The notes under the pieces were generated by a model, which was not told where the DNA came from, made no database searches, and worked only from the letters and a program-made list of their open reading frames with translations. Below, piece by piece: positions 43,582-54,241 of a stretch of 64,000 bases of DNA. Location of the stretch: positions 37,377 to 101,376 of the forward strand of contig JAZDCY010000016.1 of NCBI GenBank assembly GCA_036679645.1, written 5' to 3'. Both the position numbers and the translations under genes were made by a program. The stretch comes from Gemmatimonadota bacterium. GTDB lineage: Bacteria; Gemmatimonadota; Gemmatimonadetes; Gemmatimonadales; GWC2-71-9. Numbering within the stretch: position 1 is the stretch's first letter; the number at the start of each line of letters is the position of its first letter.

Positions 43582-44987
43582 GTCCCGGTAGGACATCGGC
43601 CCACCAGCTGTGGGGTGGGCGGTTCGCCACCGGGCCCGCTGCCGCCCTCGAGGAGTTGAACCGCAGTCTTCCTGTCGACTACCGACTTTGGCCACAGGAT
43701 GTCCGCGCCTGCACGGCGTGGGTGCGGGGGCTGGCGCGGGCGTCGGTACTGGACGGGAACGAGGAATCGCAGCTGGTGGACGGCCTCGCGCGCGTGGCGG
43801 AGCGGTTGGCGGACGGCGCGGGTGTGAGCGCGCCGGACGAAGACGTGCACACCCTCGTCGAGCGATTGCTGTATGAGGAAGTGGGCGCGCTCGCCGGGAA
43901 ACTGGCCACGGGCAGATCGCGGAACGACCAAGTCGTCACGGATCTGAGGTTGTGGACGCTGGACGCCCTGCGGGCGATCGACGGGGAGGTGCGTGCTTTG
44001 GGCAGGGCACTCGTCGAGCGCGCGCGTCAGGGGGTCGAGTTGATCCTCCCCGGCTACACCCATGGACAACGTGCCCAGCCTGTGCGGTGGGCATACGTGC
44101 TCTTGGCACATGCGTGGCCCCTGCAGCGCGATGTGCTGCGACTCGAGAGCGTTGCTGGGGCGATGCACGTCCTGCCGCTCGGCGCGGGGGCGGTTGCGGG
44201 TTCCGGTATTCCGATCGATCGGGAGTTTCTGCGAGCGGAACTCGGCTTCGAGCGGGTGTCCGATAACGCGCTCGACGTGACCGGCGAACGGGACTTCGTG
44301 TTGGACACTCTGTTCCTGGCGTCCATGATCGGACTGCACGTGTCGCGGCTTGCCGGCGAGCTCATGACCTACGCTTCTTCAGAATACGGGTTCGTGCGAC
44401 TCGCCGACGCGTATTGCACCGGTTCGAGCCTGATGCCGCAGAAGCGCAATCCCGACGTGTTCGAGCTCGCGCGCGCCAAGGCCGCCCGAACTACGGCAGA
44501 CCTGATCGGGCTGCTCTCTACTGTGCGATCCCTGCCCGCGGGATACTCCAAAGACCTCCAGGAGGACAAGGGCTACCTGTTCGATGCGGTGGACACGCTT
44601 CTCCTTACGCTTCCCGCGGTGCGTGGCGCCATACTGACGTTGCAACCGGTCCCAGCGCGCATGGCGGCGTCGCTGGAATCGAGCCTGCTCGCCACCGATC
44701 TCGCCGAGTTGTTGGTCGGTGACGGTGTACCGTTCCGCGAGGCGCACGCCGTGGTGGGTCAGGTGGTGCAACGCGCCGAGGCGAGCGCCTGTGCCATCAC
44801 CGCGGTGCCAACCGAGGCACTGGCCGCGGTGCATGCGTCTTTGCCGCGTCTCGTCGACCGGTTGGGGTCATGGGAGGAGTCGGTCGAGCGACGCGCCACG
44901 CCGGGAGGATCGTCCCGGGAGGCCGTGCTGGCGCAGATAGAACAACTCGATGAGTGTTTCGCCAGCGCCGAACGGTCACCCGTCTGA
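43578..44987 (+). CDS. argH: Argininosuccinate lyase
   Basis: LWGGRF, GRSRNDQ, PGYTHGQRAQP, TGSSLMPQKRNPD, YSKDLQEDK. Confidence 0.97.
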   Translation: MSPGRTSAHQLWGGRFATGPAAALEELNRSLPVDYRLWPQDVRACTAWVRGLARASVLDGNEESQLVDGLARVAERLADGAGVSAPDEDVHTLVERLLYEEVGALAGKLATGRSRNDQVVTDLRLWTLDALRAIDGEVRALGRALVERARQGVELILPGYTHGQRAQPVRWAYVLLAHAWPLQRDVLRLESVAGAMHVLPLGAGAVAGSGIPIDREFLRAELGFERVSDNALDVTGERDFVLDTLFLASMIGLHVSRLAGELMTYASSEYGFVRLADAYCTGSSLMPQKRNPDVFELARAKAARTTADLIGLLSTVRSLPAGYSKDLQEDKGYLFDAVDTLLLTLPAVRGAILTLQPVPARMAASLESSLLATDLAELLVGDGVPFREAHAVVGQVVQRAEASACAITAVPTEALAAVHASLPRLVDRLGSWEESVERRATPGGSSREAVLAQIEQLDECFASAERSPV

Positions 44988-45132
44988 GCGGTATCAGTTC
45001 CTCCACACAACCGTAATCAACTCGTTGTCCCGAAGGCGCTTGCAGGCGTCATCCTCGGGGGCTAGAATTCGCGGAGTCGTTTCTGCCTCGCTCGTGGAGC
45101 GGGCGGGGTTTCGTATACCCGGTAACCTCTGT

Positions 45133-45690
45133 ATGTACGTACGCTGTCTCGCCCTTAATGCCTCGTTTGAGCCGCTCACCATGGTCCCGGTGCGGCGCGC
45201 GCTTCGTCTGGTCATAGACGGCAAGGCTGAGATCGTCGAGGCCGATGGGCAGCGCGTGGTGCGCAGCGCGAGTCTCGAGGTCCCGCGACCGGCGGTCATC
45301 CGGCTGGTACGGTTCGTTCATGTACCACGCAGGTTCCGGCGGCAGGTTACCAATACCTTCCTGTTTGCGCGAGACGACTACAGGTGTCAGTTCTGCGGGC
45401 GGACGAACGGACAGCTGCGCCACCGCGAATGTCTCACTCGGGATCATCTCGTCCCGTTGTCACGCGGCGGGACCAATGACTGGGCGAACGTCGTTACCGC
45501 GTGCTCAACCTGCAATACGCGCAAGGGCAACCGGATACCCTCCGAGTGTGGACTCAAACCCCTGCGCGAGCCATACGAACCACACTTCGTTCATCTGGCC
45601 TGGGCGGTCCGTCGTCTCACGCCGGTGCAGTCCAAGTACATCCGTCTCTTCTATGGCGAGGAGACGCTGGCTGAACTGCGGGCGCTCTGA
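45133..45690 (+). CDS. HNH endonuclease (McrA-like)
   Basis: LALNASFEPL, RDDYRCQFCG, DHLVPLSRGG...NVVTACSTCNTRKG. Confidence 0.92.
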   Translation: MYVRCLALNASFEPLTMVPVRRALRLVIDGKAEIVEADGQRVVRSASLEVPRPAVIRLVRFVHVPRRFRRQVTNTFLFARDDYRCQFCGRTNGQLRHRECLTRDHLVPLSRGGTNDWANVVTACSTCNTRKGNRIPSECGLKPLREPYEPHFVHLAWAVRRLTPVQSKYIRLFYGEETLAELRAL

Positions 45691-45702
45691 GAGATAGACG
45701 CA

Positions 45703-45737
45703 CAGGTGCTCAGGTGCTCAGGTGCTCAGGTGCTCAG
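45703..45737 (+). repeat. Octamer tandem repeat (CAGGTGCT) x4 plus CAG
   Basis: Read directly from the sequence; intergenic. Confidence 0.9.
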
Positions 45738-45797
45738 AGCGGCCTCAGGGCGTGCTGATGCCCGTAGGGCCTCGCTGTTGAGGGTCGCCCCGGAGTC

Positions 45798-47408
45798 GTG
45801 TATGTTCAATGGTTCCCCGCGTTTCGGGGGAGGACTTTGACGGCGAACCACCTCGCAGGACTCTTTTCCCAGCAGGTAAGCCGGTTTGGCGGGAGGCAAT
45901 GCCTCGTCGCCGCCGGTCACCGGTATACCTATACCCAGGTGGATGATATGGCCGCGGCCTTCGCTGCGGCGCTTGCAGACCTGGGGATCTCGGCCGGGGA
46001 TCGCATCGCCGTCGATTTGCCGAATTCCGTCGAGTGGATCGTGAGCGTCCTCGCGGCAGCTCGCCTGGGCGTTGCCGTCGTGCCACTCAGCCCCTTCCTA
46101 GGGTACCACGAGCTCAAGTACCAGCTGCGACATGCGGAGACGAGTCTCACGATCGCCTCGCAGGCATCTGGCGAGCTCGAGGACCTGGAGACGCTGGAAG
46201 AGCTGATCACAGATCTGCCCGACCTGCGGTACCTGGTCACGGTCGGACCAGATGAAATGTGGTACGACGATCGGATGTTCCAGTTCGCCGACCTGGTTGG
46301 CCGGGGACGACGCCTCACCGTACCGTCCGTCACGATCGATCCGCAGGGCACGCCGCTCGCCATCATCTACACGTCCGGCACCACGGGCAAGCCAAAGGGT
46401 GTCGTCTTGACCCACAGCAGCTTGATCACGACAGCGCAGGCGGCGATCGACGTGTTGCAGCTCACACCGGACGACCGCGTGCTCGGGGCCGTGCCGGTCT
46501 CGACGGTGTTCGGCGTCCACGTGGTGCTCACCACGCTGCTGAGCGGTGCGACGCTCGTGCTCCAGGAGCGTTTCGAACCGGCGGCCGCGCTCGAGTTGAT
46601 GGAACGCGAGCGGGTCACCGTCTGTCATGGTGTGCCCACGATGTACCAGCTCCTCATGCGGGAGGAGTCGTTTGCGAGAAGAGACCTGTCCACCGTACGG
46701 ACCGGCATTGTGGCCGGAAGCCCGGTATCCGAAGACCTCGTGCAGCGGATCCGGCGGTGGAACGACGTGCAGATCGCCTACGGCCTCACCGAGACTAGCC
46801 CGACCGTGACGATGACGCGCTTCGACGATCCTGCCGATGCGCGCTCCACAACCGTCGGTCGTCCCATTGAGGGTGTGGAGGCAAGGGTCGTGGACGTGCA
46901 GACAGGCGCGTTGCACGGGCCCGAAGCCGTCGGCGAACTGGTCGTCCGCGGTCCTAACCTGATGGCCGGATACCACCGGATGCCGGAGGAGACCAAACGA
47001 TCGCTTACGCCCGAGGGCTACTTTCTCACGGGCGATCTCGCGGTGCTGGATGAGCGCGGGTACGTGTCGATCGTCGGACGCCGGAATGAGATGATCATCC
47101 GTGGCGGCTACAACGTGTTCCCGCGCGAGCTGGAAGACGTGCTGCGAACCCACCCAGCCGTGCACGGTGTCTGCGCGGTCGGCATCCCCAACGAGATTCT
47201 GGGGGAGCTGATCTGTGCCTGCATCGTGCCGGTCGAGGGTGCTATCGTCACCGGTGAAGAGCTCAAGAGCTTCGCCGGCGAACATGTCGCTGACTACAAG
47301 GTTCCGGACCTGGTCCGCTTCTTCGACGCGTTCCCCCTCACCGGGAGTGGGAAGGTGCATCGAGCGGAGCTGGCGCGGGTCGTCGGAATGGAATTGAGTA
47401 CAACGTGA
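45798..47408 (+). CDS. Class I adenylate-forming enzyme (acyl-CoA ligase-like)
   Basis: [40 protein letters not shown]. Confidence 0.93.
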   Translation: MYVQWFPAFRGRTLTANHLAGLFSQQVSRFGGRQCLVAAGHRYTYTQVDDMAAAFAAALADLGISAGDRIAVDLPNSVEWIVSVLAAARLGVAVVPLSPFLGYHELKYQLRHAETSLTIASQASGELEDLETLEELITDLPDLRYLVTVGPDEMWYDDRMFQFADLVGRGRRLTVPSVTIDPQGTPLAIIYTSGTTGKPKGVVLTHSSLITTAQAAIDVLQLTPDDRVLGAVPVSTVFGVHVVLTTLLSGATLVLQERFEPAAALELMERERVTVCHGVPTMYQLLMREESFARRDLSTVRTGIVAGSPVSEDLVQRIRRWNDVQIAYGLTETSPTVTMTRFDDPADARSTTVGRPIEGVEARVVDVQTGALHGPEAVGELVVRGPNLMAGYHRMPEETKRSLTPEGYFLTGDLAVLDERGYVSIVGRRNEMIIRGGYNVFPRELEDVLRTHPAVHGVCAVGIPNEILGELICACIVPVEGAIVTGEELKSFAGEHVADYKVPDLVRFFDAFPLTGSGKVHRAELARVVGMELSTT

Positions 47409-47458
47409 ACGAATCCCTACTAACACGAAGAGGAACGACTTCCTCCGTTGGCGGCCCT

Positions 47459-49117
47459 ATGGCGCTCGCGCCCAACGCCGCACTGCTCATCGACTTCGAC
47501 AACGTGACAATGGGGATCAGGTCAGATCTCCAGGAACAGCTTCGCGGTATGCTCGATGCGGAGGTGTTCAAGGGCAAGATCTCCGTCCAGCGCGCGTACG
47601 CCGACTGGAGACGCTACCCGCAGTACATCGTGCCGCTGTCCGAAGCATCGATCGATCTCATCTTCGCCCCGGCCTTCGGGTCGAACAAGAAGAACGCCAC
47701 CGATATCCGTCTTGCAATCGACGCCCTCGAGCTGGTCTTCACCCGTCCCGAGATCGGGACGTACATCTTGCTCTCCGGTGACAGTGATTTCTCGAGTCTC
47801 GTCTTGAAGCTCAAGGAGTACGGTAAGTACGTGGTGGGGGTGGGAATCCGAGAATCGTCCAGCGACCTCCTCATTCAGAATTGCGACGAGTACTACAGCT
47901 ACAGCGATCTCACCGGTCTCCTGCGTGAGGGTGAGGTGGAGCACCGGCGCCGCGATCCGTGGGAATTGGCCGTCGAGGCGGCGACCCGCATGAAACAGAA
48001 CAAAGATGTCATGCGGTCGGACCGGTTGAAGCAGGTGATGCAGGAACTCGACCCGAACTTTGACGAGAAGGACGCTGGCTTCAGCAAGTACAGCAGGTTC
48101 CTGGTGGAGGCCAGCCGCCGAGGGCTCCTGACGCTCACGAAGAAGGAGAACGGGCAGTACGAGGTGGATGTCGGGGCAAACGCGAATGTGCCGGCAGAGG
48201 TCCAGAAGCAGGCGGAGGGTGCCGCGGCCGCGGCTGGCAAGCCACGCCGCCGGCGCGGTGGGCGGGAACGATCCACGAGCACACGTCGGAGTGGAATGAG
48301 CCTGGCCGAGGCGTTCGACCTACTACGCAAGTCACTCGAGACAATGGGAGCCCTCGGCGACGAGGCCACCGACGCCGAACAGACGCGCGAACGCATGATC
48401 GAGCTGGCGGACAACGGCGACGATCCCATTCTCGAGAGCGTGCGGTTCCAGCGGTTGCTGCGTCAGGCGCACGATGCGGGCGTCATCGATCTCGTGAAAA
48501 CGGACGCCGTGTACTTTCTCAAGCTTCGGCCCGCCGACGAAACCGCCGTACCGGAGGAGCCCAAGAAGACAACACGCTCGCGACGGGGAACGCGTGGAGG
48601 ACGCGGTCGGAAGAAAGCGGAGTCGAATGCGGAGGACGGGGAGACCGTGGAGGCGGCAGCACCGGCGTCTGCGGACGAATCGCCCGTCCCAGATTCCGAA
48701 ACCAAGAAGCCTAGTACGCGGAAGAACCCACGGTATCGGCGCGGGTCACGCGGAGCACCAGCCAAGCCCAAGACCCCCGAGCCAGATCCGACGCCGGTGG
48801 CGGAGGTGAAGACTCCCGCCACGAAAACGACCGGAAGCGGCACCCGCTCGGTCCGCGGCAGAACGGGAAGGAGTCGCGGAACGGCAGGGCAGACAGGACG
48901 TACCGAGAAGGTCGAGAGTCCCACTGCTCCCCCGACCCATCCGGTCACGCCGCCCGAGCAATCTGCCGCGCCGCCACCGGCCGCATCGGAACCCGTACCC
49001 GCCGCACCGCAGACGGGCGGTGACGAGGGCAAGAGTCTGTTCCAGCGCATGAGCGCCGCGCTGCAGCGCGTGATGCCCGGTCCGCAGGACGGCGAGGGCG
49101 GTGGCAACGCCGAGTAG
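47459..49117 (+). CDS. NYN-domain protein with OST-HTH/LOTUS-like domain(s) and a long disordered tail
   Basis: LLIDFDN, KNATDIRLAIDA, LLSGDSDF; FDEKDAGFSKYSRFL; P/T/R/A-rich C-terminus. Confidence 0.88.
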   Translation: MALAPNAALLIDFDNVTMGIRSDLQEQLRGMLDAEVFKGKISVQRAYADWRRYPQYIVPLSEASIDLIFAPAFGSNKKNATDIRLAIDALELVFTRPEIGTYILLSGDSDFSSLVLKLKEYGKYVVGVGIRESSSDLLIQNCDEYYSYSDLTGLLREGEVEHRRRDPWELAVEAATRMKQNKDVMRSDRLKQVMQELDPNFDEKDAGFSKYSRFLVEASRRGLLTLTKKENGQYEVDVGANANVPAEVQKQAEGAAAAAGKPRRRRGGRERSTSTRRSGMSLAEAFDLLRKSLETMGALGDEATDAEQTRERMIELADNGDDPILESVRFQRLLRQAHDAGVIDLVKTDAVYFLKLRPADETAVPEEPKKTTRSRRGTRGGRGRKKAESNAEDGETVEAAAPASADESPVPDSETKKPSTRKNPRYRRGSRGAPAKPKTPEPDPTPVAEVKTPATKTTGSGTRSVRGRTGRSRGTAGQTGRTEKVESPTAPPTHPVTPPEQSAAPPPAASEPVPAAPQTGGDEGKSLFQRMSAALQRVMPGPQDGEGGGNAE

Positions 49118-49724
49118 CCCACACGGCATCCTGCCGCCCTCTTTCTACGCGCGCGATACCGTTGGTGTCGCGCGCGGTCTCTTGGGGTGCGTGCTCGAGA
49201 CGACGCGGCGCGGAGCCCTGACGGCGGGTCTGATCGTTGAGGTCGAGGCCTACGTGGGTCCCCACGATCCGGCGGCGCACGGCTACGGGAACCGCCGGTC
49301 CCGGCGCAATGCGATGCTCTTCGGGCCGCCTGGGACGGCGTACGTCTATTTCATCTACGGTATGCACTGGTGCTTCAACGCAGTTACCGAACGGGATGGG
49401 TTCCCAGCGGCCGTGCTGATCCGCGCGCTGGAACCGCTCCACGGCCTGCCTCTCATGCGCCGTCGCCGCAGCGTGGGGGTGCAGGACGACCGTCGGCTCT
49501 GCTCCGGACCCGCCCGACTGTGTGACGCACTCGGAATCACGGGCGCACTCAACGGGTCGTCGCTATTGGGCCCCCGCGTCCGCATCCGACGTGAACAGCG
49601 CGCACGGGGAGTGCGCGTCGTCACGGGGACGCGGATCGGGATCTCGCGCGCCGCAGACTGGCCGTTGCGATTCGTGCTTGCCGGGTCAACATGGGCGTCG
49701 CGCCCGGTGCCAGCCGATCGCTGA
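49101..49724 (+). CDS. DNA-3-methyladenine glycosylase (MPG family)
   Basis: IVEVEAYVG, AYVYFIYGMHWCFN, AVLIRALEP, SGPARL, RIGIS. Confidence 0.94.
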   Translation: MATPSSPHGILPPSFYARDTVGVARGLLGCVLETTRRGALTAGLIVEVEAYVGPHDPAAHGYGNRRSRRNAMLFGPPGTAYVYFIYGMHWCFNAVTERDGFPAAVLIRALEPLHGLPLMRRRRSVGVQDDRRLCSGPARLCDALGITGALNGSSLLGPRVRIRREQRARGVRVVTGTRIGISRAADWPLRFVLAGSTWASRPVPADR

Positions 49725-49760
49725 CACCGGGCGCGGAGAAGAATGCGAAGAAACCGGACG

Positions 49761-50420
49761 TCAGCGCCGCGTCGTTACGTCTTCGTGCGCACTGGAGATA
49801 AACACCCGGAGGCCTCCAGTGATCGCGTGCTGGTCGCTGGTGATAAGGAAATCGTCGCTCCCCGGCATGTACTGGTACTGCCCGAAGAGTGCCCACCTGC
49901 GCCCGAGACGAATCTGGGCTCCGCCAATGAAAAAGACAAAGGCCTTCGTGGATGCCTCGTCGACCCGGGTCTGCGCTGCCGCTTGCTCGGTAGGCGTCGC
50001 GAACGCGCCCGTCGCCACGGCATCGGTGATGTGATGGATGGCAAACCCGCCACCGGCGTAGATCTGTGGTGACTTGTTGGATGGGATCGCGAGCAACCCG
50101 GCCTGAATCCGGCGGCCGCTTTCGAACGAGACCGTGCGCAGCCCGCCGGTAACGCTCGGGTCGGCAATCTGCGAAGAGGTGGTGCCGAAGAAGATCTGAT
50201 CGATCCCGATAAAGAGCGCCGAACGCTGAGCCGTAATCAGCCAGTGCCCGCCCATGCTGAAAGCGCTCGTGCTAGGTGTGGTGGGGGTCGAGTACAGGAA
50301 GGTGCCTGTCTGAGCGCCCCAATACCACTTGCGTTGCCACGAGTTCTCCTGTCCCAATGCCGGGCCAGCCGTGACCATGACCAGGAGACCACCGAGTAAC
50401 ATCCCACCGCGTCTGCGCAT
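49761..50420 (-). CDS. Hypothetical exported protein (outer-membrane beta-barrel-like)
   Basis: Signal peptide followed by alternating aromatic beta-strand segments. Confidence 0.65.
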   Translation of the reverse strand: MRRRGGMLLGGLLVMVTAGPALGQENSWQRKWYWGAQTGTFLYSTPTTPSTSAFSMGGHWLITAQRSALFIGIDQIFFGTTSSQIADPSVTGGLRTVSFESGRRIQAGLLAIPSNKSPQIYAGGGFAIHHITDAVATGAFATPTEQAAAQTRVDEASTKAFVFFIGGAQIRLGRRWALFGQYQYMPGSDDFLITSDQHAITGGLRVFISSAHEDVTTRR

Positions 50421-50458
50421 CTTCCTCTCCTCCGCCGGTTCTCCCGGGCCGAAAGGGC

Positions 50459-53029
50459 TCAGTCGGCCCTGGGTGCGGTCCCTAGCAGGACCGCGTTGAA
50501 GAGCAGCTTGAACGTCCCGAATGTCTGGCCCCGGTGCTGCGGCCGGAACCCGAACAACACCGCCCTGCCACGCCCCACCGGCACTTCGACGAGCGCCGCC
50601 ATCTCCGCAATGCGTTGCGGTGCTTGGACATAGCCCGATATGAGGGGATCCCCCACATACCGGGCGACCACCCGACCCGGCTCCTCTACTTCGAAGGCCA
50701 TGCCGGAGGCAAAAAACGCCGCCACCGTGTCGGCCACTCCTGAGGTTATCGGCATCTCAGGGGTCGTTGCCAACCCGAAAATAGAACCTGGCGCCCGAAA
50801 ACGCGAGCCCGGATTTTCGGATACCTGATCGGCTAGTACGTTGCGAACAGGCAGGTTAAGGGCCGAGATCGCGAAATCACTTGAAGCGTTGAGCGTCACC
50901 AAGGTACCGCCATCCCGGACGAAATCTGTGACGCTCAGCACGCCCGAGAGCCCCATTCCCCCGGTGTACCGTTCTGGTGCTGAGCCAGGCGAGGGCCCGT
51001 CGCGGATCGAGCGCTCGGAGATGTCCGGCAGAATCAGGACGTCTATCTGGTGTGAGAGATCCCCCGCCCGGACCATTGAGTCGGTGACCGATACGTATGG
51101 AATACTGAACTGTTCCAGGACCCAACGTGTCCAGCCTTCATCCGCTGAGGCAGTCCAGGGCTTGTAGATGCCGATCCGCGGCAGTCGCTCGATCGGCCGG
51201 CTGCCCGGGATTTCTTGGTTCGTACGTACGGCGGTGAATCCGTAGGTGTCGGCGAGCCTGGCGATCATGTTCTCCGTGGCTGCATTGTGCTCGACCACGA
51301 CCGCCCCCGCGGCGAATGCCTGCCCGTCGAGCGTCGCCGGCTGATTGGTGAGCCAGACCCGTGCGCCCCCCGCCAGCGCTTCGGCGACCGCCCGGCTTTC
51401 CCCCACTCCACGGTTGTGGAGCACGGTGAACCGGCCGGCGCCACGTACCGTGCCTCGTTCGACAGCGACCGCATCGAGTCGCTCACCCCGGAAGTCGAAA
51501 GGCTCGACAATCGCCACCGTCTCGACACCCATCTGCGGCCCGAGCGACCAACCAGCAACATCGTACGGTCTGCGGTCATGGGGGTAGTCCTGTCGCTCCA
51601 GCAGGTCCTTGACATGGGCACGGAATGGCTGGGCCATGGGAATGACCAGAGACCCGGCACCGTACTCCTGACCGTCGGCGGCGAAACCGCGAGATGCTCG
51701 ATGGACCTCGACCCCAGCCGCGATGATCGCATTGGCGAGGGTCGCTGCCGCGTACGGGTCGCGCTGCCCGCTCGGGATCACGTATGTTGCCGGATTGCCG
51801 GCGGCGCCGGCCGCAATGGCGCGGCGGCCGAGTGTCGCAAACCGCCGCACGAAGGATGCGCGCTGGGTCGCCGCGAGGCGGAGCAACCCGTCCGCAGCAA
51901 GCAGTTCGTACTCGACGATGTCTCCCATGCGCCACACGCCTCCCGACCAGGGCGCGGGGTACGTCACGCTCCGTTTCGGTTGACGCAGGGAGTCTGGGTC
52001 CTGCTCGATGGGGGAGGCCAACCGGGCGCTTGCCGCCTCGGACAGGATTCCGATCATGTTGTGACGCGCGGGCACAGTACGGAATCCGCCGTGCCACCAC
52101 AGGCTGTATCGCTCCTGCTGCACGACGCCGGTACGGCCGGCGTCGAGCACGGCGGTGGCCATAGCGGCGCCCACGAGATTGATGCCGGATACCAGAATCG
52201 GATCGAGATTGGGGTTCACCGGGCCGGAAAAGGGCGGGACGAAGAGTCGGGCTCCCCTGTTGCCCATCTGGTGGATGTCCCACACGATTTCCGGAAACCA
52301 CTCGCGATAGAGCACCCTGGTTATCGCCTGCGTCTCTACCTGAGTCAGCATGAACCAGTCGCGGTTGTTGTCGTGGCCCACGTACGGGTGGTACAGCCAC
52401 GGGAGAGGCCCGCCCTCGTAGGGAGTGCCCCGGTACTCCCGATACCAGGAGACGACGGTGTCGAGTCCATCGGGATTGGCCGACGGGATCATGAGGATGA
52501 CCATGCTATCGAGCAACGTCCGGTATCGGGGGTCTGCGGCGAGGCGGTATGCAAGCGTGAGTTGCATCTGGCTCGACGCAATCTCGGTCGAGTGAATGTT
52601 GTTGTTGATCAGCACGACCACGGGTTGCGTGCCAACAAGCGAGTCTTCGACGCTCTCGCTCATGCGGCGCGGGTCGGCGAGCAGTGCTTGACCATGCCGT
52701 AGCTCGGCCAACCGGCGCTGATTTGCCGGGCTCGCGAACGTGAGGAGGAGAAGCGGCCGCGCGAGCGTTGTGCGTCCGATCGTATCGAGTCGCACGCGGG
52801 GTGAAGCTGCACTCAGCTGTGTGAGGTATTCCCCGATCTGCGTCCAGTCGGCGAGCATGGAGTCTGCGCCTGGCTCGAAGCCTAGAACGCTCTCGGGGGT
52901 GGGGGTGGGGGTGGGCGTGGGGGTCGGGAGCGGCGTTTGCGCGTGCAGGTGCGGTAGTGGAAGACCTGTTAGGAGTGCGACGCAGAGATACCGCCACGCC
53001 ATGGCGGTTAGCGATCGTATCATGTCCAT
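50459..53029 (-). CDS. M14 family zinc carboxypeptidase-like protein
   Basis: NIHSTE, NPDG, GHDNNRDW, DIHQMG; signal peptide, TP-repeat linker, C-terminal GATase-like domain. Confidence 0.9.
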   Translation of the reverse strand: MDMIRSLTAMAWRYLCVALLTGLPLPHLHAQTPLPTPTPTPTPTPESVLGFEPGADSMLADWTQIGEYLTQLSAASPRVRLDTIGRTTLARPLLLLTFASPANQRRLAELRHGQALLADPRRMSESVEDSLVGTQPVVVLINNNIHSTEIASSQMQLTLAYRLAADPRYRTLLDSMVILMIPSANPDGLDTVVSWYREYRGTPYEGGPLPWLYHPYVGHDNNRDWFMLTQVETQAITRVLYREWFPEIVWDIHQMGNRGARLFVPPFSGPVNPNLDPILVSGINLVGAAMATAVLDAGRTGVVQQERYSLWWHGGFRTVPARHNMIGILSEAASARLASPIEQDPDSLRQPKRSVTYPAPWSGGVWRMGDIVEYELLAADGLLRLAATQRASFVRRFATLGRRAIAAGAAGNPATYVIPSGQRDPYAAATLANAIIAAGVEVHRASRGFAADGQEYGAGSLVIPMAQPFRAHVKDLLERQDYPHDRRPYDVAGWSLGPQMGVETVAIVEPFDFRGERLDAVAVERGTVRGAGRFTVLHNRGVGESRAVAEALAGGARVWLTNQPATLDGQAFAAGAVVVEHNAATENMIARLADTYGFTAVRTNQEIPGSRPIERLPRIGIYKPWTASADEGWTRWVLEQFSIPYVSVTDSMVRAGDLSHQIDVLILPDISERSIRDGPSPGSAPERYTGGMGLSGVLSVTDFVRDGGTLVTLNASSDFAISALNLPVRNVLADQVSENPGSRFRAPGSIFGLATTPEMPITSGVADTVAAFFASGMAFEVEEPGRVVARYVGDPLISGYVQAPQRIAEMAALVEVPVGRGRAVLFGFRPQHRGQTFGTFKLLFNAVLLGTAPRAD

Positions 53030-53038
53030 CCCGGATTC

Positions 53039-54241
53039 CTATATGAGAGAGAGCTTCTTCCCGACCTTCGCGAATGCCTCGAGGGCGGTGTCGAGGTCGT
53101 CCTTCGTGTGTCCCGCCGAAACCTGGCAGCGGACCCGGGCTTCCCCTCTCGGGACCACCGGGAAACCAAACCCGGTGACGAACACGCCCTCGTCCAGTAA
53201 CATCTCACTCATGCGAATCGCCGCGGACGTTTCGCCGAGGATGACCGGTATGATGGGAGTCTGTCCCGGGAGCGGCTGGAATCCCAGCACGGTGAGCTGC
53301 TCGCGAAGATACCGGGCGTTGTCACGCAGTGTCCGCACCAACTCGGGGTGCGCACGAAGACGACGCACGGCTGCGAGCGCGCTCGAGGCGACCGTACACG
53401 GGAGCGCGTTGGAAAAGAGCTGGGGTCGCGATCGCTGCATCAGGTAGTCGCAAAGAGCCTCGGATGAGGCCGTGAACCCACCCGCCGCGCCGCCAAGCGC
53501 TTTACCGAGCGTGGAAGTGATGACGTCGATCTCGCCGAGGACCCCCTCCATCTCCGCCACACCCCGCCCCGTGTCGCCCAGGACACCGGTGCCGTGAGAG
53601 TCGTCGACAACCACCATCGCGTCGTGCTTATGGGCCAGTTCGACGATATCGGCCAGCTTCGCGGTATCACCCTCCATGGAGAAGATGCCGTCGGTCACGA
53701 CCACGCGTATGCGGGCGGCCCTGTGCTCGGTGAGTTTCGCGGCGAGGTCGGTCATGTCGGAGTGCGCGTAGACGGCAGACGCGCATTTCGTAATCGAGCG
53801 AGCCAGCCGCATGCCGTCGATGATGGACGCGTGATTGAGCCGATCGGAAATGACGACGTCGTCGGGGCCGAGCAGGGTCGCGAATAGCCCCTCGTTGGCG
53901 TTCCAGCACGAGGCATATGTGACGGCCGACTCCGTTCCGACGAGGTCGCCGAGCGCCTGCTCCAACTCCCGGTGAACCGTGAAGGTGCCGCAGATGAAAC
54001 GCACGCTCGCCGTGCCGCCGCCGTACCGATCGAGGCCGTCCTTTCCGGCCTGGACGACCTCGGGGTCGTTCGCGAGGGCCAGGTAGTTGTTGCTCGAGAG
54101 AATGATGATCTCACCGCGACCTTCCATCGTGACCCGCGGTCCCTGCGGGGAGTCGAGGAAGTTGAATCGTTTGTAGACGCCGTCGGCGCGGAACTGGTCG
54201 AGTTCGGCGCGGAGCCGATCCTGGACGGCCGCGTTCATCAC
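53039..54241 (-). CDS. kbl: Glycine C-acetyltransferase
   Basis: SSNNYL, SVRFICGT, LNHASIIDG, DDSHGTG, TLGKALGG; adjacent to tdh. Confidence 0.95.
   Translation of the reverse strand: MMNAAVQDRLRAELDQFRADGVYKRFNFLDSPQGPRVTMEGRGEIIILSSNNYLALANDPEVVQAGKDGLDRYGGGTASVRFICGTFTVHRELEQALGDLVGTESAVTYASCWNANEGLFATLLGPDDVVISDRLNHASIIDGMRLARSITKCASAVYAHSDMTDLAAKLTEHRAARIRVVVTDGIFSMEGDTAKLADIVELAHKHDAMVVVDDSHGTGVLGDTGRGVAEMEGVLGEIDVITSTLGKALGGAAGGFTASSEALCDYLMQRSRPQLFSNALPCTVASSALAAVRRLRAHPELVRTLRDNARYLREQLTVLGFQPLPGQTPIIPVILGETSAAIRMSEMLLDEGVFVTGFGFPVVPRGEARVRCQVSAGHTKDDLDTALEAFAKVGKKLSLI

Noticed and set aside
45133-45690. HNH nuclease as a defence or mobile element
   Set aside because: A solitary McrA-like HNH of a widespread type, outside the island, with no repeats or partner genes.
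52887-52930. GGGGGT hexamer run as a G-quadruplex or regulatory repeat
   Set aside because: Explained by the Thr-Pro linker codons of the M14 peptidase on the minus strand.
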